45,639 bases of DNA from an uncultured Acidobacteriota bacterium (GTDB taxonomy: Bacteria > Acidobacteriota > Vicinamibacteria > Vicinamibacterales > UBA8438), in contig CAJWLU010000027.1 of the NCBI GenBank assembly GCA_913043225.1, positions 1 to 45,639 of the forward strand. Direction: 5' to 3'. The notes below the pieces were generated by a model that searched no databases, was not told the origin of the DNA, and was given only the letters and a program-made list of their open reading frames with translations. The position numbers and the translations under genes were made by a program. Positions 18,747 through 27,170 of the stretch are shown piece after piece; the first letter of the stretch is position 1, and every line of letters begins with the position of its first letter.

Positions 18747-18878
18747 TCACGCATCCCCGTACACGCCGCACCGGATGCGGAGCAGGCCGGGCACAGCGAT
18801 GGCGGCCACGACCCAGATGATAGTCAGCACAATAAGCAGTTCGATCAGCGTGAATCTCTGGTAGCCCTTAGTCCGCAT
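18747..18878 (-). pseudogene. Truncated type IV prepilin (N-methylation helix only)
   Basis: MRTKGYQR-FTLIELLIVLTIIWVVAAIAVPGLLR then a stop within 9 codons. The prepilin G(-1) is R (AGA), the conserved Gly14 is W, and there is no globular domain. Confidence 0.8.
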
Positions 18879-19057
18879 CGTAGGTCGCCTTGGGGCCGAC
18901 TCAGTTCGCCAAAGTAAGGCTCGGTGGTGGCGTTCCGTGTTCACGCCAGCCCTTCAACGCAACCGCGGTTCCAACTTCACATAAATACTCTAAAATACTC
19001 CATTAAAATAACTTAGTTGATGCAACCTGACACATGACCAGTAAATAACATCGATGG

Positions 19058-20131
19058 TCACAGATAGCGACTATTGATGTCATTCGAAATCGGGCCACTC
19101 CACGCACGTGGCACGAACAGCCGTTGATAGAGGTTCACGGCGAACCGGTCGGTCATCCCGGCGATGAAATCTCGGATGGCGATATCTAGACCGTCTTGCT
19201 CGATGGTCCGCTGGTCCAGGAAACGAACCGGTTCCTGCGACGCCCGCTCCCACAGGCCGCCCAGAATCCCGGCCACTTTCCGAAACTCGGACGTGGCCGC
19301 TTCATTCTCATAGACCGCATCAAACAGAAAAGCACGCAACGCGAGCAGCGCGTCCAGCACCGACTGGCTCATCCGAAGCGTCACGGGGGTCTCCCCCGTC
19401 AGCGTGGCCTGGACCACGTCGGACACGAGGGTGCCGATTCTAGTGGAGGAGCTTGTCCCCAACACCTCGATCGGCTCGACCGGCAACGCCTCGGCGGCAA
19501 GGACACCTGCTCGGACGGCGTCGTCGATGTCGTGGTTGACATAGGCAATCATGTCCGCCACCCGGACCACCTGACCTTCGAGCGTCGCTGCGCGACGGGC
19601 CGGCTCGAGACCGATCGGCGCCCCGTCTTTTCCCTTGGAGTGCTTGGCAATCCCATTCCGTACCTCCCAGGTGAGGTTCAGGCCCTGTCGGTTACGTTCG
19701 AGCACGTCGACCACCCGCAGGCTCTGTTCGTAGTGATTGAACCCGCCCGGCATCAGCGTCTTGAGCACCTGCTCGCCCGCGTGTCCGAACGGCGTGTGGC
19801 CCAGGTCGTGTCCCAGCGCGATCGCCTCGGTCAGGTCCTCGTTCAGGCGCAGCACCCGCGCGATCGTCCGTGCCACCTGCGACATCTCCAGCGTGTGGGT
19901 GAGCCGCGTGCGGTAGTGATCGCCGGTGGGCGCAAGAAAGACCTGCGTTTTGTGCTTGAGACGGCGAAACGCCTTAGAATGCACGACTCGGTCGCGGTCC
20001 CGCTGAAACGCGGGCCGTATGGGATCCTCTACCTCGGGCCGCAACCGACCACGAGTCTCGACGCTCAGGGCCGCGTAGGGCGCCAGCGCCGCTAGCTCCC
20101 GGGCCTCGATCTCGCTACGGATACTTGACAT
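19058..20131 (-). CDS. dgt: Deoxyguanosinetriphosphate triphosphohydrolase (HD family)
   Basis: FQRDRDRVVHSKAFRRLKHKTQVF, RTRLTH, HDLGHTPFGHAGE, DFIAGMTD. Confidence 0.95.
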   Translation of the reverse strand: MSSIRSEIEARELAALAPYAALSVETRGRLRPEVEDPIRPAFQRDRDRVVHSKAFRRLKHKTQVFLAPTGDHYRTRLTHTLEMSQVARTIARVLRLNEDLTEAIALGHDLGHTPFGHAGEQVLKTLMPGGFNHYEQSLRVVDVLERNRQGLNLTWEVRNGIAKHSKGKDGAPIGLEPARRAATLEGQVVRVADMIAYVNHDIDDAVRAGVLAAEALPVEPIEVLGTSSSTRIGTLVSDVVQATLTGETPVTLRMSQSVLDALLALRAFLFDAVYENEAATSEFRKVAGILGGLWERASQEPVRFLDQRTIEQDGLDIAIRDFIAGMTDRFAVNLYQRLFVPRAWSGPISNDINSRYL

Positions 20132-21086
20132 CGTGTGACACCTCTATCCCGGCCTCGGCCAACATCCCCAGCGCCGCACGATGGGTCTCGGTCCGTTCAC
20201 CGGGCGTCTCCAGCCATCGGACATCCGGTTCCTGCTTGAACCAGATCGACTGACGTCGCGCATAACGCCGGTTCTCCCGTACGATTAGTGCCCTGGTCGC
20301 CGGCTCATCCCTGGCACCGGCAAGATGCTCGACCGCCTGGCGATATACCAGGCCCCAGAACGGACCGGCCTCGCCTGGAACACCGCGCGCCCGCAGTGCA
20401 CGGATCTCATCGAGCAGCCCGTCCGCAAACTGTTGATCAACCCGACGAGCGATCCGCGACTGCAGCTGTTCCTGGGTCAGCCGAAGCCCCAACGGAACCA
20501 CCCGATAGTCGGCCACCGGCGAGCTAGTACGCGAGAAATGCGTCGTCAGCGGTTCGCCGGTGACGAGATAGACCTCGAGCGCTCGGATCAACCGCTTCTC
20601 ATCCCTCGGCTGAATCCGTCGGGCCGACTCGGGATCGCAGCGCTGCAGCCAGCGGTGGAGTGACACGACGCCGCGACGCTCGGCCACGCGCGACAGTCGC
20701 TCCCGCAGGCCCGGATCCCGACCCGGTCCGGGGAAGATCCCTCGCGTGAGCGCCCGGTAGTACAACCCAGTCCCGCCCGCCACGATCGGCAGACGCCCAC
20801 GGGCCGTGATCTCACGTGCGACCCGGGCCGCGTCGGCGGCGTAACGCGCCGCCGAATACACGTCGGTCGGCTCCGCCACGTCCACCAAGTGATGGGGAAT
20901 GCCCTGGCGCTCCGCCGGCGGCACCTTGTCAGTGCCGATATCGAAACCACGATAGACGGCGGTCGAATCGCAGCTGATGACCTCGCCGTCGAGACGTTGA
21001 GCCAACTCGATAGCCAGCGCGCTCTTGCCGGTCGCCGTGGGGCCGACAACGGCGACCAGCACGGGGTGACCCTCGAGGGTCTGCAT
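20115..21086 (-). CDS. miaA: tRNA dimethylallyltransferase
   Basis: GPTATGKS, DSTAVYRGFDIGTDK, GGTGLY, RYARRQSIWF. Confidence 0.96.
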   Translation of the reverse strand: MQTLEGHPVLVAVVGPTATGKSALAIELAQRLDGEVISCDSTAVYRGFDIGTDKVPPAERQGIPHHLVDVAEPTDVYSAARYAADAARVAREITARGRLPIVAGGTGLYYRALTRGIFPGPGRDPGLRERLSRVAERRGVVSLHRWLQRCDPESARRIQPRDEKRLIRALEVYLVTGEPLTTHFSRTSSPVADYRVVPLGLRLTQEQLQSRIARRVDQQFADGLLDEIRALRARGVPGEAGPFWGLVYRQAVEHLAGARDEPATRALIVRENRRYARRQSIWFKQEPDVRWLETPGERTETHRAALGMLAEAGIEVSHDVKYP

Positions 21087-21092
21087 GGCCCG

Positions 21093-21173
21093 CTAGGCAA
21101 GCAGCGCAAGCAGCGCCCCGAGACGGATCAGCAGCCCCTTCGGCTGACGGGTGGTGGGCTGAGGCAGCAACAT
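21093..21173 (-). CDS. Possible 26-aa small hydrophobic peptide
   Basis: MLLPQPTTRQPKGLLIRLGALLALLA* fills most of the 100-bp gap between the tonB-like gene and miaA in the same orientation. Confidence 0.3.
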   Translation of the reverse strand: MLLPQPTTRQPKGLLIRLGALLALLA

Positions 21174-21186
21174 CCCGAGCCAGAGC

Positions 21187-22443
21187 TCAGCGGCCAGGTG
21201 GCCGGTCGTTGAAATAGAAGGTGACCGTGAAGAACGCCTGATCGTCGGGATACTCCTCCGGCAACGGGAAAGTCGGATCCGACCCGCGCATGGCGTTAAA
21301 CGCTGAGTTCGTAAAGGCATCGACGGTGGAAGGTCGTTGGACCGTAAGGTCGGTCAGCGCTCCATCTTTGTGCACGTTGAAGGTGAGCACGACATGGCCC
21401 GACATCGTCATGGCCGCGTAGGGCACGAACCAGTTGCGATAGATCTGCGCCACGAACCTGCGGATCCAGGGGCCGAACTCGACCCCCTTAGTATCGAACT
21501 GGATGTCGGGACCCGTGTTGTTCGCCCGACCACCAAAATTGTGGAAGCTCCGAGACTGCGTCAGTCGCGGATCGGTATCCATCGCCTTACGGAGCAACGA
21601 CTCGGTCCGCTCGCGCACCGAGGGCGTATCGCGGCGAGGAGGCCCTTCCCCGTCCGCTTCCCGCTCGGCCGGCTCCCGCTCCGGCAGGAACGGATTTCGG
21701 AGGGCGTCTTCCGAGCCGGGCGGATCGGCGGTGAAAAGCTCGCCCGCGGGACCATCATCTATCTCGCCCCCATCCTCTTCGAGGGCGGCTTCCACCGGAT
21801 CGTCAGGCGCGCGTGGATCGTCCACCTCCACCTCGCCCTCCGCAACTTCCTCGGCGCCGTCGACCGCCCCCTCGATGCCGTCGAGAGCCTCCTCGCCTCC
21901 ATCGACCGCTTCCAGGGCCTCGGAGCCATCTGGTTCGAGCACGGCCGTGTCCGCCGGTGCTCCAGCCGGCGGCTCCGACTCCAGATCGGAGACGTCTTCC
22001 GCGATCACGAACTCCAATGAGTTCCCTTCGGCATTTGGTAGGTTGTTAATCGGATCGTCGGCCAGCTCGGGCGACTGGGAGACGCGGTCGACGTCCGAGA
22101 GATCACCGCGGGAGGGAGCGGCCACCGCCGGGGTATCGATACGCGGCTGGACAAAGACGAACATCTGGTCTTCTTCCGGCACTGCTGGGAGCGCGAGCTC
22201 TGGCGGCATCTCGAGCGACTGGTTCGGCTGCTGGAGCTGCTGTTCCTGGGCCTGGGCCAGCTCGGCGACCCGCTCCAGACGACGCTGCTCGGCCGCTTGC
22301 ACGAACTCCAGCCGCGGCACGATGAACAGCAACGCCGCGAGCGACAGATGAACGAAAAACGACAGCAGGCTCCGCTCGCGCCACGACATCGCCGACTCGA
22401 TGGTCGGAGTGTCGTACAGACGTCCCTCGAAGTCGAAGAGCAT
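21187..22443 (-). CDS. TonB family protein (N-terminal TM anchor, acidic linker, TonB C-terminal domain)
   Basis: SFFVHL SHLS-like anchor; C-terminal GHVVLTFNVHKDG.LTDL.V.RPS...FTNSAFNAM...FTVTFYFN. ATG at 22443. Confidence 0.82.
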   Translation of the reverse strand: MLFDFEGRLYDTPTIESAMSWRERSLLSFFVHLSLAALLFIVPRLEFVQAAEQRRLERVAELAQAQEQQLQQPNQSLEMPPELALPAVPEEDQMFVFVQPRIDTPAVAAPSRGDLSDVDRVSQSPELADDPINNLPNAEGNSLEFVIAEDVSDLESEPPAGAPADTAVLEPDGSEALEAVDGGEEALDGIEGAVDGAEEVAEGEVEVDDPRAPDDPVEAALEEDGGEIDDGPAGELFTADPPGSEDALRNPFLPEREPAEREADGEGPPRRDTPSVRERTESLLRKAMDTDPRLTQSRSFHNFGGRANNTGPDIQFDTKGVEFGPWIRRFVAQIYRNWFVPYAAMTMSGHVVLTFNVHKDGALTDLTVQRPSTVDAFTNSAFNAMRGSDPTFPLPEEYPDDQAFFTVTFYFNDRPPGR

Positions 22444-22465
22444 GCCTTGACTGGGTACGGTAGCG

Positions 22466-22474
22466 AGTATATCA
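22466..22474 (-). promoter_or_regulatory. Extended -10 element (TGaTATACT) upstream of the tonB-like gene
   Basis: Minus-strand TGATATACT, 22 nt before the ATG at 22443. Confidence 0.45.
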
Positions 22475-23236
22475 GTCGACTGTTGGTGGCTCCGCGACCT
22501 TCCGAGCCACATACAGATAGACGACACCGAAGCTCAGGCGTTCAACCCGAATCTCGGTGAAGCCGGACTGTTCGAGCAAAGCGGCGAGCTGGTCGGGAGT
22601 GAGAAAGGCACTAACCGACGCAGGAAGATAGGCGTAGGCGTCGGTGTGCCTGGAAAGCCATCGTCCGATCTGAGGCAACACCCACCGGAAGTACCACAAG
22701 TAGAACGCGCGCAGACCCGGCATCCGTGGCTCGCCAAACTCGAGGATCGCCAGACGACCGCCCGGCTTCAGCACCCGTGACATCTCGGCAATCGCGGCGG
22801 CCGTGTCCTGCACGTTGCGAATACCGAACCCGACGGTGACGGCGTCTATGACCTCGGTTGCGCACGGAAGACGAGCGGCATCACCCCGGGCCAGACGGAT
22901 CTGACCGTCGAGGCCTGCCGCGCGGAGCTTACCCAGCCCCAAGAGCAGCATCTCGGCCGCAAAGTCAACGCCGAGCACCCGCACCCGAGGCACCCCGGCG
23001 GCGGTGGCCGCAATCGCGAGATCGGCCGTGCCGGTGCAGACATCGAGCACCTGGTCGCCGTCGATCAGCTCGAGCGCGTCGACCGCCACCCGGCGCCAGC
23101 GACGGTCGAGCCCGGCGCTCAGCAGATGATTCAGCTGGTCATACCGATGGGCAATCGCGTCGAACATCCCCGCGATCCGTCGCGGGTCCTTGTCGAGCGA
23201 CGGCGCGCGTCCGCCCGCCGGGGCCGGCATCGTCAT
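22472..23236 (-). CDS. menG: Demethylmenaquinone methyltransferase (UbiE/MenG)
   Basis: MFDAIAHRYDQLNHLLSAG.DRRWR, LDVCTGTAD, FGIRNV, RVLKPGG, AYAYLPAS. ATG at 23236 forms an ATGA overlap with ubiX. Confidence 0.94.
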   Translation of the reverse strand: MTMPAPAGGRAPSLDKDPRRIAGMFDAIAHRYDQLNHLLSAGLDRRWRRVAVDALELIDGDQVLDVCTGTADLAIAATAAGVPRVRVLGVDFAAEMLLLGLGKLRAAGLDGQIRLARGDAARLPCATEVIDAVTVGFGIRNVQDTAAAIAEMSRVLKPGGRLAILEFGEPRMPGLRAFYLWYFRWVLPQIGRWLSRHTDAYAYLPASVSAFLTPDQLAALLEQSGFTEIRVERLSFGVVYLYVARKVAEPPTVD

Positions 23237-23847
23237 CCTGTCCATGGAGGATAAAGCTCGTGCGAAAACCCTAGCGCCGACAGCACCTTGCCCGCCATGA
23301 AGTCCGCCAAGTCGTCCAACGTTCGCGGCTCCTGGTAGAACGCCGGCATCGCCGGCATCATGACGGCCCCGGCCTCGGCCAACGCCACCATATTCCGCAG
23401 CTGCGGCAGGCTCATCGGCGTTTCGCGGGCCACGACAACCAGCGGCCGGCGCTCTTTCAACATCACGTCAGCGGCCCGCTCGACCAGCGTTCGTGACAGA
23501 CCATTGGCGATCGCGGCGAGCGTCTTCATCGAACAGGGAACGATGGCCATGCCCTGGCAGGCGTGGCTGCCGCTGGCGATCGACGCGCCGACGTCGCGGT
23601 TGTTCAGCACCGTCATCGAGCCGGCGCCGACCCCCTCGCCATAGCGATCCACAAGATAGTCGGTCAGCCGGTCAAGACTGGCCTCCTCGCCAAGCTCGTC
23701 ACGCAGCAACCTCCGGCCGAAATCGGACACCACCAGTTCGACTTGGCACCCCGCCTCGAGCAGCGCCGCCACAGTGCGCACGGCATACAGCGCGCCGCTG
23801 GCACCGGTGATTCCTACGGCGAAACTGGGGTTCGTGTTAATTGACAT
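23233..23847 (-). CDS. ubiX: Flavin prenyltransferase UbiX (MqnM-type)
   Basis: GITGASG, IASGS, PCSMKTL, RAADVMLKERR, RETP, PAFY. Confidence 0.94.
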   Translation of the reverse strand: MSINTNPSFAVGITGASGALYAVRTVAALLEAGCQVELVVSDFGRRLLRDELGEEASLDRLTDYLVDRYGEGVGAGSMTVLNNRDVGASIASGSHACQGMAIVPCSMKTLAAIANGLSRTLVERAADVMLKERRPLVVVARETPMSLPQLRNMVALAEAGAVMMPAMPAFYQEPRTLDDLADFMAGKVLSALGFSHELYPPWTG

Positions 23848-24691
23848 AAAGTGCCGCCGCAGTCGCAACAAGATAGAAGATCCCGACATAGCCGTTAAGG
23901 TCGAACGCCTCTTTCACACGGGATAGATCATGGGATCGGACCAGAGTCTGCTCGTAGGCAAGCAGCGCCGCGACGCCGGCCACGCCGAGGAGATACCAGG
24001 GCCCGAGCGGCACCACCAGCGCCACCGCCGCCAGCGCCATAACCGTCAGCAGATGCAAGCCGCGTGCAATCGCCAGAGAGGTCTCCACACCGAACCTGGC
24101 TGGTATCGAGCGCAGCCCATGGGCACGATCGAAGTCTAGATCCTGGCAGGCGTAGAAGATGTCGAACCCGGCGACCCAGGCGCCGGTCGCCACGGCGAGA
24201 ATCCAGGGTGCCCAGCTCGTGCCCCCACCAGCTCCCAACCAGCCGCCAACCGGCGCCACAGCGAGCGCCAGTCCTAGGAACAGCTGGGTGTAGGTCGTAT
24301 AGCGCTTGGCCAGCGAGTACCAGAAGATGATGGCCAAGGCGACGGGCGACAAAACGAAGCAGATCCAGCTCAGCTGGGTCGTTACAAGGATGAACGCGAT
24401 CGACGACGTCGCCACGAGGGTGACAGCGCTAGCCCGCGACAGGACGCCTCGCGGCAGCTCTCGGTTCGCCGTCCGCGGATTCAGCGCGTCGAACCGGCTG
24501 TCCACCAGCCGGTTGAAGCCCATGGCGGCCGTGCGGGCGGTCACCATGGCGGCAACGATCCACAGTACCCGGCCCAATGTGACCGGCGTCTCCTGAGCCG
24601 CCAACAACGCCCCTACCAACGCGAACGGCAGCGCGAACAGCGAATGGCTGAAGCGAACGAATGACGCGTAGGTGCGGAGAGTCGTGAACAT
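23837..24691 (-). CDS. mqnP: UbiA-family polyprenyltransferase of the futalosine pathway (MqnP)
   Basis: FSHSLFALPFA, ARTAAMGFNRLVD..FDALNPRT..RELP, GFDIFYACQD; multiple TM segments. Confidence 0.88.
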   Translation of the reverse strand: MFTTLRTYASFVRFSHSLFALPFALVGALLAAQETPVTLGRVLWIVAAMVTARTAAMGFNRLVDSRFDALNPRTANRELPRGVLSRASAVTLVATSSIAFILVTTQLSWICFVLSPVALAIIFWYSLAKRYTTYTQLFLGLALAVAPVGGWLGAGGGTSWAPWILAVATGAWVAGFDIFYACQDLDFDRAHGLRSIPARFGVETSLAIARGLHLLTVMALAAVALVVPLGPWYLLGVAGVAALLAYEQTLVRSHDLSRVKEAFDLNGYVGIFYLVATAAALYVN

Positions 24692-24708
24692 CGGAGAGCG
24701 CGGCTGGA

Positions 24709-25923
24709 TCAGCCGGCGGCGCCATCGTCTGGGTCGAGCCAAGTCACCTGGTCCGGACCAACGCCGCCCACCAAGTATTCTTCCACATCGAGAGATTCGT
24801 CAGGAACCGGAACCGCGATCAGCGAGGCATGCGAGCCAGGCGCGATCTCGCCCAGCTCTCCGCCGAATCCGAGGGCCCGGGCACCGTGCACCGTGGCGGC
24901 GGCAAGCAGGGCACGCGCAGGCACCTCAGACGACAGTTCCCTGAGCCTCGCCAGCTCGGCGAACAGGTTCAGGTCCGGGGCGCTCGCCAGACTGTCGGTT
25001 CCCACGGCCAGCCGCACGCCCGAGCGCACAAACCGTTCGAGCGGCGGGTCGCCCACCCCCGTCCAGCGATTGCTCCGGGGACAGGTCACGAGCGTCGCCC
25101 CCGCCTCCCCGAGACGCGCGAGCTCGTCATCGGAGAGCTGGACGCCATGGGCCACGACCAGTTCGCTACTCAGCCAGCCCACCTGCTCCAGATAGGCCAC
25201 CGGACCGATGCCGGGCACAGCCCACGCCGGGTCCCAGCGGCCGATCCGCTCCAGCAGATCCCGCCACGGTCCATGCCCGCCCGCCAGAAACTCGATCTCA
25301 TCTGGCGACTCGCCCAGATGGATTGCCCGTGGCCCCCCGAGAGACTGGCTCACCTGACCGAGGGCACGCAACGCTCTGGCGCCTACCGAGTAGGGAGCAT
25401 GCGCCGCCAGCCCAACCCGGACGTCCGCATTAGCGTCAGCCCCGCGAATCTCGTCGAGGGCTGCCGTCACCACCTCGTCGGCCAGCGTGTCTGGAAAACC
25501 CACGACCTCGCGGAACACCCGCGCGCGGAGTGGAGACGTTCGTAGCTCGGGGACCGCGGCCAGTGTGTTGCCGATGTCGCCGACCAAACCCGTGCCAGAC
25601 GACCGAACCGCTTCAATAGCCGATCTGATCGCCGCCGGGTCGGAAGATGACGCGGAGTCGCGTGCCCGCATGAGCGACACCACCCACTCGGGCATCGAGG
25701 GCGCGGGCGGCACACGACCGGACAACGCCGAAAGCTCCAGGTGCGTGTGGGCGTTAACGAGCGACGGCAGGATCACCGAGCGCCCCAGGTCGTGGGTCGT
25801 CGCAGAACCGGTCATCGGCGAGGCGCCGACCGCGACCACTCGCCCAGCCTGCACCGTGACCACACCGCGCAGGACGGGCGGCGCCGTGATCGGCAGAATC
25901 CAGTCGGCCTGATAGTGGATCAC
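24709..25923 (-). CDS. Metal-dependent amidohydrolase (COG0402 type), probable aminofutalosine/5'-deoxyadenosine deaminase
   Basis: NAHTHLEL, HAPYS, HLGES..E, HGV, CPRSN, GTDS; overlaps the mqnC stop. Confidence 0.8.
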   Translation of the reverse strand: MIHYQADWILPITAPPVLRGVVTVQAGRVVAVGASPMTGSATTHDLGRSVILPSLVNAHTHLELSALSGRVPPAPSMPEWVVSLMRARDSASSSDPAAIRSAIEAVRSSGTGLVGDIGNTLAAVPELRTSPLRARVFREVVGFPDTLADEVVTAALDEIRGADANADVRVGLAAHAPYSVGARALRALGQVSQSLGGPRAIHLGESPDEIEFLAGGHGPWRDLLERIGRWDPAWAVPGIGPVAYLEQVGWLSSELVVAHGVQLSDDELARLGEAGATLVTCPRSNRWTGVGDPPLERFVRSGVRLAVGTDSLASAPDLNLFAELARLRELSSEVPARALLAAATVHGARALGFGGELGEIAPGSHASLIAVPVPDESLDVEEYLVGGVGPDQVTWLDPDDGAAG

Positions 25924-27131
25924 GGTCCCACGTCGGTGCGTTGCTGCTTTCCGACGCGACTGCGGGCCGGATACTTCGCTAACTCGGCGGGGACCGAATC
26001 GTGGCCGGCCTGGCGCGCTACGTCGAGCTCGGTTCGACGGGGGATCGTCCGTTCGCGGAACAGCGGCCCACCGAGATCGTCGTAGACCATGTTCCGCCGT
26101 CGCGGACGAAACCCGGCATCTTCGATATTGCGGACAATCTCGACCTCGTCCATACAGTATTCGGCGCCGGCGGCCCGCACAACGTTCTCCTCGATCATGA
26201 CGCTGCCCATGTCGTTGGCGCCATAGGCCAGGCTCAACTGTCCCACCTTGCCGCCCTGGGTGACCCAGGAGGCCTGAAGATTGTCGAAGTTGTCGAGCAC
26301 GATCCTGCTCAGGGCCAGTGTCCGCAGGTAGTCGATGCCGGTCGCCTCGGCGCCCCTTAACTCGGTGTTGTGCGGCTGATAGCTCCAGGTGATGAAGGCC
26401 GTAAACCCGCCGGTATCATCCTGGAGTGCCCGTAAGCGACACAGGTGCTCGATCCGTTCTTCCGGCTCCTCGACGCTCCCGTACATCATTGTGGCCGTCG
26501 ACCGCAGCCCTGCTTCGTGCACCGCCCGCATCACACCCAGCCACTCGTCTGCGGTGGCCTTGCTGTCGCAGTTGAGCAGCCGGCGCACCCGGTCGACGAG
26601 AATCTCCGCTCCCCCACCAGGCACGCTGTCGAGTCCAGCCGCGACGAGACGCCCCACCACCTCAGTCACCGACAACTGCGACAACCGGGAGATATGGAGA
26701 ATCTCCGGCGGTGAGAGCGCATGCAGCTTGAAGTCGGAGTAGCGCTCCTTGATGCCCCGGAAGAGATCCTCGTACCACGCGATCGGTAGATCGGGATTAT
26801 GCCCGCCCTGCAGCAGCAGCTGCACACCCCCCACAGACAGCGTCTCGTCGATCTTCTCGAATAGCTCTTCGAACCCGAGGACGTACCCCTCACCGGAACC
26901 GACCGGTCGATAGAACGCGCAGAAATTACAGCGCGCGACACAGACGTTCGTGTAGTTAACGTTGCGATCGATGATGTAAGTGACTACCCGCTCAGGGTGC
27001 TTGCGTGCCCGGATGGTGTCAGCCAGGCGCCCCAGCAGGCTGGTAGGCGCGTCGTGATACAGCTCAAGCGCGTCACCCCGGCTCACTCTCGCCCCGGAGA
27101 GCACCTGATCGGCGATCGACTCGACACTCAT
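25920..27131 (-). CDS. mqnC: Cyclic dehypoxanthinyl futalosine synthase (radical SAM)
   Basis: DRNVNYTNVCVARCNFCAF, LLQGGHNP, PGGGAEIL, QASWVTQG, GSVMIEENVV. Confidence 0.93.
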   Translation of the reverse strand: MSVESIADQVLSGARVSRGDALELYHDAPTSLLGRLADTIRARKHPERVVTYIIDRNVNYTNVCVARCNFCAFYRPVGSGEGYVLGFEELFEKIDETLSVGGVQLLLQGGHNPDLPIAWYEDLFRGIKERYSDFKLHALSPPEILHISRLSQLSVTEVVGRLVAAGLDSVPGGGAEILVDRVRRLLNCDSKATADEWLGVMRAVHEAGLRSTATMMYGSVEEPEERIEHLCRLRALQDDTGGFTAFITWSYQPHNTELRGAEATGIDYLRTLALSRIVLDNFDNLQASWVTQGGKVGQLSLAYGANDMGSVMIEENVVRAAGAEYCMDEVEIVRNIEDAGFRPRRRNMVYDDLGGPLFRERTIPRRTELDVARQAGHDSVPAELAKYPARSRVGKQQRTDVGP

Positions 27132-27170
27132 GCTAGTCGGATTACCGCACCCGCGCGGGCGGGCCCGGCG

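Noticed and set aside
18879..19057. sigma54 promoter for the pilin remnant
   Set aside because: TGGC and TTGC half-sites occur but not at the required -24/-12 spacing.
19058..20131. dGTPase as an anti-phage defence gene
   Set aside because: It is the short housekeeping type, overlaps miaA, and has no defence-island or mobile context.
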